From Candidatus Hermodarchaeota archaeon (GTDB lineage: Archaea; Asgardarchaeota; Hermodarchaeia; Hermodarchaeales; Hermodarchaeaceae), in the NCBI GenBank assembly GCA_016839805.1, contig JAEOTO010000034.1:1-26215 (forward strand): a stretch of DNA of 26,215 bases. Reading direction: 5' to 3'. The notes under the pieces were generated by a model that was given only the letters and a program-made list of their open reading frames with translations, had not been told where the DNA came from and searched no databases. The translations under genes and the position numbers were made by a program. Below are positions 1-7,868 of the stretch, piece after piece. Within the stretch, counting starts at the first letter, position 1. Each line of letters starts with the position of its first letter.

Positions 1-287
1 ACTTTCAGCTCGATGAATTGCCCTTCTGTGTGAACCGTGCATTGCCTAGTTTTCCCACATGTTAACCGTGCATCACAAGTGAGAATTTTGAAAACCTTCA
101 GAATCATTTTTTCCTATGCAGGGGGGGTGTTTTTTTTTGTGAAGTGGGCATTTTACCGTGTATTTTCAGGGCAATCTTACCATGTGCTTCTGTCAAGTGC
201 ACTCTTGTTTGACCCTTATTCGGTGAAAGTGTGAAAGAAGGGGGGCATGTCTTAGCCATTTTCAGAAGATTATTAGCCAGTACATAA

Positions 288-1367
288 TCAAGGAATCTTT
301 TTCATTTTTGCCATCTGTTGCTGGAATCTTTCTATATTCCTATTGGTCTCCTCTCCGAAAATCATTACAAGTCCTTGGTATTTCTTCTCCAATGCCTCTA
401 AGCGTTCCATCACAGTCTCGCCTTGTTCAGCGAGATCAAGAAGGGGAAGGGTACACTTTGCACAAAACCGGCTTTCTGCGACATTTTCAAACTTACATCG
501 TGGACAGATCAGGGTTTCAGGTTCTGGGAGTTCGGGTAATGCTCTTGGTTTGGGAATGGGTTTCCCCTCAGCTTCCAGAAACGCGGCGACGGTATCCCGT
601 TCTGTTAGATGGGTATACTTGTCGATGATGTTACTGGAGGGGGCATAGCCCATAATGCGTTTAGCTTTGTCTTTTCCTACTTTTCGAACTAACCGCGTAT
701 TGCGCATATGTCGAAACAGATGCGGATAAACCCTTTTCGTTATCCCTGCGCGTTTGGCAGCGCGGTTAAGAATACCATGGACAGTTCGGTAGGGTATATC
801 AAATAGTAGCTCATTGGTTTCATTGCCATGGAGGCTCTGTAAGTATTGGTTGAGCCAGGGAATGGTTGCATGGCTGACATAGTAGTAGTGTTCGCCTTCT
901 TTTCCTCGTACCCGAATGGCGGTTTGGCCGTGTTTATCAATGACATCGTTTATCTGGGCATTGAGCAGTTCGCTAATCCGGGCCCCCGTGCCATATAGCA
1001 TCATAACTAGCGGTTTATCTCGAAGTCTTGTGCAGCCATCGACGAGTCGTTGTACTTCGTCTGGTGTTAGTAGGTCTTCGTCTTGTAGTCGTTGGCGATG
1101 GCGGAGGGCGTCTCGTACTGTTAGGCGGTCAAATTCTCGGGGTAGGTCATCGTTGTAGAGCCAGCGCAAGAAGACCTTTAGTGTTCGGAGATAGACATCT
1201 TTGGTGACTGGATTCTCGTATTGATCGAGCCACTGCCCAAGATCCGCTGCTTTAACCTCCGTCCACGGTTTCTCATTTACAAACTGATGAAACCGCAAAA
1301 CGACTGCACGGTAATGTTTCTTGGTGGCGGGGCGGAGGTTGGGGTTGGCGAGGAACTGCTCTAACAT
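288..1367 (-). CDS. Tyrosine recombinase/integrase (XerA/XerD-like) with C-terminal zinc ribbon and coiled coil
   Basis: N-terminal core-binding (SAM-like) region (PATKKHY...). Catalytic R in TGARISE, K in RGKEG, HxxR in HLFRH, nucleophile Y in DKYTHL. C-terminal CPRC-x10-CAKC. Confidence 0.95.
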   Translation of the reverse strand: MLEQFLANPNLRPATKKHYRAVVLRFHQFVNEKPWTEVKAADLGQWLDQYENPVTKDVYLRTLKVFLRWLYNDDLPREFDRLTVRDALRHRQRLQDEDLLTPDEVQRLVDGCTRLRDKPLVMMLYGTGARISELLNAQINDVIDKHGQTAIRVRGKEGEHYYYVSHATIPWLNQYLQSLHGNETNELLFDIPYRTVHGILNRAAKRAGITKRVYPHLFRHMRNTRLVRKVGKDKAKRIMGYAPSSNIIDKYTHLTERDTVAAFLEAEGKPIPKPRALPELPEPETLICPRCKFENVAESRFCAKCTLPLLDLAEQGETVMERLEALEKKYQGLVMIFGEETNRNIERFQQQMAKMKKIP

Positions 1368-1575
1368 ACCCTGTATATGGTTTCCATAGTTAATATGTGT
1401 TATCTTTGAGTATTGGCAGATATGTCTTCGTTATATGCCATGACCTTTGGAGGAGATGATTATCCACACCCTATACTACACGAAACAATCAGATAAACCG
1501 TATCCGGAGTTATATCAGAATGTTTTTGGTTCAATCAGTATTATGGTTGACTACGGTGTTAGGGAATCTGACATT

Positions 1576-1605
1576 AGATTACACGGTTTTTTCGCACTAT
1601 AGTGC
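1576..1605 (+). repeat. 30-bp direct repeat, copy 1; overlaps the perfect 22-bp palindrome TTTTCGCACTATAGTGCGAAAA (1589-1610)
   Basis: AGATTACACGGTTTTTTCGCACTATAGTGC, 28/30 identical to 4695-4724. Confidence 0.9.
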
Positions 1606-1647
1606 GAAAAGTTTCTCAAAGACACTTATCTGCGTCTTTTAAAAAAG

Positions 1648-1687
1648 AGAAGAAGGGAGATGCGTAGGGTGCATCTCTCCATCTTCT
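1648..1687 (-). terminator. Hairpin followed by a T-tract downstream of the GYD gene
   Basis: GAGATGC-N7-GCATCTC stem with a flanking AGAAGA/TCTTCT extension; on the minus strand it is followed by TTTTTT (1646-1641). Confidence 0.6.
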
Positions 1688-1730
1688 GAATCTATTACAG
1701 GTTAGATACACTCGTTATCACACTTGGTTA

Positions 1731-2024
1731 TTAGGGAAGTTTCTCAACGATTTTTGCTAGTTCTTCCATTGTGAAGGCTTTCATTGTCGTTGTCCGAACA
1801 TTTCCACCGGCACCTAAAGTTAAGAGAAACTGCAAAGCTACCTCGTCAGAGGGTCCCTCTGCAATCGCTACATAGTCGTATTCACCCATCGTCGAATAAA
1901 ATGCAACTAATTTCGCACCAAGTTGCTTCAAGTACGCCGTAGAGGCCTCAAACCGTTTCTGAAAGTTCTTCATGTCTTTGATGCCTTGATCCGTTAATTT
2001 CATCAAGGATATATAGAGTGGTAT
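1731..2024 (-). CDS. GYD domain-containing protein; probable start is ATA at 2024
   Basis: T-DQGIK N-terminus, MGEYDYVAIAE motif and GNVRTTTMKAF C-terminus. The in-frame upstream extension reads xPLYISLMKLT, with GGAGGG 6 nt before the ATA. Confidence 0.9.
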   Translation of the reverse strand: MPLYISLMKLTDQGIKDMKNFQKRFEASTAYLKQLGAKLVAFYSTMGEYDYVAIAEGPSDEVALQFLLTLGAGGNVRTTTMKAFTMEELAKIVEKLP

Positions 2025-2281
2025 TATTTTCCCTCCAGCATGAACTAAGTTACCGTGCTACTTAATTCCCATCGGTTCAACCCTAATTGCAGTGCATCAT
2101 GAAACCATAGAGAGAACTCGCATCTCATTCACAATTCCAAAACGTTTAGAATTTTTTTCGAGGTGCTAAGCATGGATACGTTTACCTTCTTCCCTGAAAT
2201 GCCATGGAAGACCGGTCTTGGATAAAACAACATAACCCAACGCGGTCATTTGGTATTTATTATTGGTAATTTCTGTCTACT

Positions 2282-3874
2282 TTATCGCAGGCGGTTTGTT
2301 TCCATGAACATTGCCCAGTACCTTTCGTTTCTGAAGCCAATAGTAGGTGGTTCTACTTTGAGGATCTTGACGGCAGGCTGCTCTGCCCCAAATGTCTTCT
2401 TCACTTTCTTCAGGCATGATTCGCAATAGGGTACTCCTCGAAATGCGATTGCTCCCTTCGAATCCTTTGCCCCTATGTGCGTCTCTTTCTCCTTTGGACC
2501 ACAACACAAACTACAATAGCTTGGCCACATTACTTGATCTTCAAAAAGTACCGCCTTGAATTTGGGCTTGTTAGTAATCTCTCCAGCCACATATTCCAGA
2601 ATAGATGTGGCGCGGGGGTCTTTAGCGCCTCTAAAGGCGTGGATTTTCCCTTTGTCGCTGGTCACGAAGACCATTCCTCCGGCAAGCACTGGATGTGATT
2701 TGATTTTTTCAGCTAGTTTGAATTCCCACCGTTTCATAAATTTTGAGATGTTGAAACCATAGAGTCGCTTATCCTGCAGAACTGTCACAAATGCGAATTC
2801 ACCTCCCACCACTGGAAGGCTGGCACTTGGACCAAGGAAGTCGAAAGTCCCCTCTATTACGGCTGTCCAGTCAAATCCTGTGAATGCCATCCGACTTGTA
2901 GACAGGTCATAAGCCATCAATGCTCCGAAACCTAAGGGCGTGACGAAGAGGAACCTTTCGTTTTTAGTGAGCATTCCAAAAATATTGGGCTGCGAAGGTT
3001 CCTCCTTTCCACTCTCGAGGTCAAGCTTGAAAAGTCGGTCCTTTGGACCGTGGGTCAAGATCGCATTTCCTGAAACAAGACAAGGACTGCAATTTCGTGT
3101 GCCAAAAAAGCCACCATAGCCTTTTTGTTCCCATGCGAGTGTACCGTTAACGGCGTCGATAGCATAGAATTTTCCTCTGGACGTGGCGAACCCGTAACCG
3201 ATAATCAACAGTTTTCCTTCAGCTAGTGTCGGGGCGGAGTAACCCTTGTAGTCGCCTTTGAAGGTCCATCTTTTCTGTCCTGTTTGTGCGTCGATGGCGT
3301 AGATGTGCTTGTCCTTGCAGGCGAAAAAGACCAGATCATGGCCGACTGCGAGGGGAGAAGAGATATCGTTGCCTGGTGAAAATTGCCAGCGTTTTTGACC
3401 GGTTTGTGCGTCGATGGCGTAGAGGTGTTTGTCTTCGCTTGCAACATAGACGATTCCGTCAGCGACAACCGGGGTTCTTTTAATTGCTTTCCCTGTTTTG
3501 AAGGTCCATTTCTTTTGTCCCGTGGCGGCGTCCAAGGCGTAGAGGTGCTTGTCTTTGCTCCCAAAGAAAACCATGTTGTAAGCTAAGGCTGGCCAGGATT
3601 CGATGCTACCGCCTGCTTGAAATTCCCAAACCTTTTCTAGCGGGGCTTGAACAGGACTCCCGTCGCTGCCCGTATACGCGGCGTCTCGTCTAACCATTGG
3701 CCAACCTTCTGTGCTCAATGGCCTCTCTTGTGGGATTTCTGTTTTCTCTGGCTGCGTTACAGTAGGCAGCCTTTTTCCGCAATTATTACAATATTCGAGT
3801 GAGCTTGGCATGGTCTTTCCGCAACCGCTGCAGACCACACTACTCTCGGATTCTTCCTTATCACCTAAACCCAT
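2282..3874 (-). CDS. Zinc-ribbon + PQQ-like (BamB-type) beta-propeller repeat protein with a Cys-rich C-terminal domain
   Basis: N-terminal CSGC...CNNC. Repeated DKHLYAIDAQTGQKRW blades. C-terminal CSLCC...YCESC. AGGAG RBS upstream; no signal peptide. Confidence 0.9.
   Translation of the reverse strand: MGLGDKEESESSVVCSGCGKTMPSSLEYCNNCGKRLPTVTQPEKTEIPQERPLSTEGWPMVRRDAAYTGSDGSPVQAPLEKVWEFQAGGSIESWPALAYNMVFFGSKDKHLYALDAATGQKKWTFKTGKAIKRTPVVADGIVYVASEDKHLYAIDAQTGQKRWQFSPGNDISSPLAVGHDLVFFACKDKHIYAIDAQTGQKRWTFKGDYKGYSAPTLAEGKLLIIGYGFATSRGKFYAIDAVNGTLAWEQKGYGGFFGTRNCSPCLVSGNAILTHGPKDRLFKLDLESGKEEPSQPNIFGMLTKNERFLFVTPLGFGALMAYDLSTSRMAFTGFDWTAVIEGTFDFLGPSASLPVVGGEFAFVTVLQDKRLYGFNISKFMKRWEFKLAEKIKSHPVLAGGMVFVTSDKGKIHAFRGAKDPRATSILEYVAGEITNKPKFKAVLFEDQVMWPSYCSLCCGPKEKETHIGAKDSKGAIAFRGVPYCESCLKKVKKTFGAEQPAVKILKVEPPTIGFRNERYWAMFMETNRLR
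3255..3570 (-). repeat. Intragenic tandem 120-nt repeats (propeller blades)
   Basis: GTTTGTGCGTCGATGGCGTAGA at 3282 and 3402, with a related unit near 3522; period exactly 120 nt (40 aa). Confidence 0.85.
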
Positions 3875-3908
3875 GATTCTGTCTCCTATGTGTTGGTCAC
3901 ACGCTGAA

Positions 3909-4340
3909 CTACCGTTGTAACATGAGGAGCGTATTCAGAGTAACCGAGGATATTCTTACGATGGCGTGTTTGAATTCTGAGTAGTCAAGACCTGCAACAG
4001 GTCTTCTCATAACTAGTAAGACCACGTCGTTCTCGTCACTGATTGCAAAGTGCGTTACACCCGTCTGAAAGGCGTTCCAGACAAGCAGCTGCCGATAGAA
4101 GGGGAGGAGGTTCTCCGTTGGCAGGGGACATACGGCTGCACTGAAAATTAGATCTGAATGTGTTTCTCCCTTTGGTTTGGTAACAAAGACCTGTGTTGTT
4201 ACGTTTGCATATGAGACGAAAGTGCTCGCCATTGGTACCTCGCCCGTTACCTTCTCAGGTAACGGGGATATGCGTGAATCGAATTTTTTCAAGCAGCGGT
4301 TGACGCGTTTCACACTCGCCTTAAACTCGTGATCCGTCAC
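3909..4340 (-). CDS. CesT/YbjN-like (type III secretion chaperone fold) protein; likely GTG start at 4340
   Basis: LPFYRQLLVWN...HFAI...VVLLVMRRPVAGLDYSEFKHAI pattern is typical of CesT/YbjN. Lies 34 bp upstream of the propeller gene on the same strand. Confidence 0.7.
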   Translation of the reverse strand: MTDHEFKASVKRVNRCLKKFDSRISPLPEKVTGEVPMASTFVSYANVTTQVFVTKPKGETHSDLIFSAAVCPLPTENLLPFYRQLLVWNAFQTGVTHFAISDENDVVLLVMRRPVAGLDYSEFKHAIVRISSVTLNTLLMLQR

Positions 4341-4694
4341 TCTAAACACTTCTTGTAACCCGTTGAGTTTCTCGAAGCTAGGTAAGAAGCACAATAGCGT
4401 GAAATAATAGCACACAGCATTTGCCCGGGATTAAATAATAGGAAATTAACCCGCGCATGAATTGTCAATCTTCTATCCCAGCAAACAGACCATTCTCTAT
4501 ACGCATCATCGACGCTACCTGACTCACATACGACATGCAGTTCAGGCGTGCGAATCCTCGCACTACAGCATTATCGGAAACGGTAACTAATTAATGCTAA
4601 TGATTAAGCGGCACGAATTAATACAAATAAAAAATCAGTTTACAAAAAATGTCACATAAAACACATTTGATGCCACATTAGGACCATTTAACCA

Positions 4695-4724
4695 AGATTA
4701 CACGGGTCTTTCGCACTATAGTGC
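4695..4724 (+). repeat. 30-bp direct repeat, copy 2
   Basis: AGATTACACGGGTCTTTCGCACTATAGTGC; keeps the 12-bp palindromic core GCACTATAGTGC. Confidence 0.9.
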
Positions 4725-4844
4725 ATAATTATTCAGTGCGTGTTCATTGGCTTCGGGGCTCTGATTTCTGTTGTTACTTTGAAATTGCTTCAAGGTTACG
4801 GATTTTTAACGCCATTGGTGGTAGGGTGGTGCTGAGGGTTGTTA

Positions 4845-5609
4845 ATGGAATCGCGGTGGAAGAACGTGCTACTGGTTGGGGGGCTGATTGTGTGTTCCTT
4901 TCTTCCCTTGCTCACAGCAGTGCCCTCTCTGCCTTGGGAGCGGGGATTGGTGATGATCGAGCTCTTCACAATCACTAGTCTCAGTTATCCTGTTTGGCTG
5001 CGCATTGTTCTGCATATCCTTACTTTGGTCTTGGTGTTCCTGTTAGTTTTCTTTGGGGATCGGTTGGGGCGCTTGGTCGCGGTCTATTTTGGGTGTCTGT
5101 TCTTCTTTTTCGCGATCACCCAAAACATTGCGGTTCTCCCCACCTATGGACTCACGATTTTGCTGGGGAATCTGGTTCTTCTAGCCACTTTGGGCGGTTT
5201 CTGGGTATGGGAAGCTTATCATCCCCAAAATGAGTACTCTTTTAAGCGGCTTCCCTGGTGGCGATATTGGCCTTTGCCCTTTGTCTTTCTAGCCTATTGG
5301 TTTCCTTATGGTCATGATTTGCTTCCGGATTTCAATCCCCTGCTGTTCTTAACCTCAGATTTTGGAGTCACCTTCTGCGCCACCGCTCCGCTCATCATAG
5401 CGCTGCTCACTTGGATTTACCCACGGGTTGATTCGCGGCTGTATTTGGTGACGTGTTTTGTCGGAGCGCTGATTGGGGTCTTCAATATCTTGGCTCCGTT
5501 CACCATGCCGGGGTATACCCTCTGGATGCTCTTTTTGCATACGCCGCTGATTTTCATCTCCTTCTATGGGCTCCTGCTCCCACGGCTCGTTAAAGATTCG
5601 GCGTCGTAA
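4845..5609 (+). CDS. Multi-pass membrane protein of unknown function
   Basis: About 7-8 hydrophobic segments; ATG at 4845 is in the 4839 ORF frame. Confidence 0.8.
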   Translation: MESRWKNVLLVGGLIVCSFLPLLTAVPSLPWERGLVMIELFTITSLSYPVWLRIVLHILTLVLVFLLVFFGDRLGRLVAVYFGCLFFFFAITQNIAVLPTYGLTILLGNLVLLATLGGFWVWEAYHPQNEYSFKRLPWWRYWPLPFVFLAYWFPYGHDLLPDFNPLLFLTSDFGVTFCATAPLIIALLTWIYPRVDSRLYLVTCFVGALIGVFNILAPFTMPGYTLWMLFLHTPLIFISFYGLLLPRLVKDSAS

Positions 5610-5982
5610 CTGGAAGTTTACGGTGTTGGGTCTTCTTGCGGACCAGTTTGATCATCTCATCGAGGGTCTGGGTGGCATTCATCTCTTCTCGGGTAATGAG
5701 GAGGGTCAGTTTATCGTTGGTCTTCAAATAGGCGGCAGGATATGTGGCATCTGGGACCTGGTATTGGGCATTGAATTCATCGCGGTGGAGAAATTCTACT
5801 GAAATACCTAAACTCTGAACGAAATCTTTCCACTCTTGTTTCATCCCGAAATTTCCGTAGGTGACGGCACATAAACTGCAGGGATATGTGGATGGTTTGA
5901 CGATTTTGTGGACGTAATCTTTCAAGGCATTGATTTTTCCGCTATCGGCGTTGTAAACAAACAGTAACGTAGGTTGGGTCAT
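5590..5982 (-). CDS. Conserved hypothetical protein with a CxLC motif (probable thioredoxin-like fold)
   Basis: LLFVYNADSG...TYPCSLCAVTYG...EFLHRDEF, a recognisable uncharacterised family. Confidence 0.8.
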   Translation of the reverse strand: MTQPTLLFVYNADSGKINALKDYVHKIVKPSTYPCSLCAVTYGNFGMKQEWKDFVQSLGISVEFLHRDEFNAQYQVPDATYPAAYLKTNDKLTLLITREEMNATQTLDEMIKLVRKKTQHRKLPVTTPNL

Positions 5983-6034
5983 AACGGGCTAACAGGGACA
6001 ACGCTTTTTAAGACTATCAAATTCGCGAACGGAA

Positions 6035-6523
6035 TCATTCTTGGATGAACCGCCCATTATCGCGGGATTCTGAAAGCTGCTGGACTCGCTGTGCCAACCA
6101 CCCAATGCGCGTAGCGGTACGTGCGTCGAACGCCGGTACGTAGGGTTTGATGTCCAGGAGGGGTGTGCCATCGACAATATCCACCTCTTGAATGTGCAAT
6201 CGGATTCCTTCGACTTTCAGTAATCTAACAATGGACAGGCCAATGGGGTTTGGGCGGCTAGGTCCCCGCATCGCAAAGACTCCGCGTGTGGTGGTGTCCA
6301 TGTAGGGTTTGCGCTGCAGTGGACCCGGCTTGGCTAAATGAAAATGATACAACAAGATGAGATGGGAGAAGCCCTCCACGTCCTGTAATCCCTCACGAAA
6401 CTCGGGAAAGATTTCCACAACACCTTCCACGTCCTTTGCGGCGGTCGGCTGAATGGGGGTTCCCTTTGCCTCGGTGAAGGGTGAGTGGATTATTCCGATG
6501 ACCTGATAACAGATTGGTTGCAT
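6035..6523 (-). CDS. tsaA: tRNA m6t6A37 methyltransferase TrmO/TsaA (YaeB) family
   Basis: IGIIHSPF, GLQDVEGFSHLILLYHFH, GVFAMRGPSRPNPIGLS and DGTPLLDIKPY. Likely ATG at 6523 with GGTGG RBS. Confidence 0.93.
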   Translation of the reverse strand: MQPICYQVIGIIHSPFTEAKGTPIQPTAAKDVEGVVEIFPEFREGLQDVEGFSHLILLYHFHLAKPGPLQRKPYMDTTTRGVFAMRGPSRPNPIGLSIVRLLKVEGIRLHIQEVDIVDGTPLLDIKPYVPAFDARTATRIGWLAQRVQQLSESRDNGRFIQE

Positions 6524-6617
6524 GAAACCACCACTTGTTGGAACTAATATCTTTTTCAATTAAAAACAGGGGGTCAACCTTTTTATTCCCGTCATCCGAT
6601 GGTGCGCGGAGGATTTT

Positions 6618-7118
6618 ATGATGACTTCGATTATTGAAGTGTTATTGGATTCCTTCGAGCTTGAAGCTAAACAGGCTCGTTGCGTCCTCAACGTTGCCAA
6701 AGATGCCGACCTCAAGTATACGCCGAAAAAGGACCTGCGGACCCTTGGCGAACTGGCTAACCATCTTGCCCAGGTGCCCTTAATTGATCCGAGCATATTT
6801 GTCGGCGAACTCGCGGATGTGGAACAAGCCCGAGCGCGTGAGCAAGAATTGAACCGGACGACAATCGCTGACATGCTTGGGATCTTCGATGAGGGCGTGA
6901 AATCCATCAAAAAGCGGTTTAAGGGGATGGCGGAGAAGGAATTCTTTGCTAAGACGCTCAAGCCCTTTTATGAGACGGGAGCAGCACGTAGCTGGGCACA
7001 TTTCCTGCCTGATATCATTACCCATATCGCGATGCACAAAATGCAGTTGTGGATGTACCTGAGGCTCGCTGGCGTCAAAGTCGATATGATGACCTATTAT
7101 GGGCATCACCCTGAATGA
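6618..7118 (+). CDS. DinB/YfiT family protein
   Basis: RTLGELANHL and HIAMHKMQLWMYLR His triad; GGAGG RBS. Confidence 0.9.
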   Translation: MMTSIIEVLLDSFELEAKQARCVLNVAKDADLKYTPKKDLRTLGELANHLAQVPLIDPSIFVGELADVEQARAREQELNRTTIADMLGIFDEGVKSIKKRFKGMAEKEFFAKTLKPFYETGAARSWAHFLPDIITHIAMHKMQLWMYLRLAGVKVDMMTYYGHHPE

Positions 7119-7156
7119 CCTCCACCCCGCCTTTGTTACTAGGGTAATAAAGATAG

Positions 7157-7840
7157 TTAAGCTTCAGTTTTGTTGCGCATAATGAAATAGATGGATTGGT
7201 AACGTTCCGGATGTTTGCTGTATCCCTGAATCTCGCTTTCCGCCTGCTCTAGCGCTGTCGCCAGTTGCTTGTCGGTTGGATTCTGGCGACGAATTTGTTG
7301 GACCGCTTGGTTGAGGGGCTCATAATATTCGTTCCACCACACCTCTTGACCGAGGATGAAATATTTCTCTAGTTGATAGCCACACGCTGTAATGTGCTCC
7401 TTTTTTTGGTCTAGGTTTCCCACGGCATCATGAACCACTAAGTAGCCTCCCAGCTTGAGAAACCGTTTCCACGCTTTTAGCCCCTGTTTAAATCCGATGA
7501 CAAAGATTGAGCCCTCGACCCAGAGAATATCAAAGCTTGCAGCCGGAAAGTCCATGGTCTTTAATGAGCCCTTGACGACGTGGACCCGGTCACGGAGTTC
7601 CGCTGCTGTAATTTTTTCTTCCAACCGTTGTAACGCGTCAGGATCAATATCAATGCCGGTTACGTCGCCACCACTAAGCTGTGCCAATTCGAGGGTGGGT
7701 ACTCCCGAGCCGCAGCCGATATCCAAAATCAGTGGCTTGACCATGGATGGAATTTGTTGAAATGCCCGTCGCAGATGAGGGAGCAGGCGGTGTCGGAGTT
7801 GGTCTTGCAGGTCATTGAAGGCTCGTTTATCCGAGATCAT
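7157..7840 (-). CDS. Class I SAM-dependent methyltransferase (start uncertain, 7840 or 7855)
   Basis: ILDIGCGSG motif I, GIDID, FDILWVEGS and LKLGGYLVV. Confidence 0.92.
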   Translation of the reverse strand: MISDKRAFNDLQDQLRHRLLPHLRRAFQQIPSMVKPLILDIGCGSGVPTLELAQLSGGDVTGIDIDPDALQRLEEKITAAELRDRVHVVKGSLKTMDFPAASFDILWVEGSIFVIGFKQGLKAWKRFLKLGGYLVVHDAVGNLDQKKEHITACGYQLEKYFILGQEVWWNEYYEPLNQAVQQIRRQNPTDKQLATALEQAESEIQGYSKHPERYQSIYFIMRNKTEA

Positions 7841-7868
7841 GTCACTACAACCCATTTCCGTGGTGGTT

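Noticed and set aside
1-107. Partial minus-strand ORF (MILKVFKILTCDARLTCGK...) running off the left edge
   Set aside because: Only 35 codons with no recognisable motif; cannot be supported without flanking sequence.
1368-1730. tRNA gene as integration target
   Set aside because: No cloverleaf or T-loop GTTCRA followed by an acceptor stem could be built.
4503-4514. 12-bp match GCATCATCGACG with 11972-11983
   Set aside because: Isolated 12-mer matches are expected by chance in 26 kb, and there is no flanking similarity.
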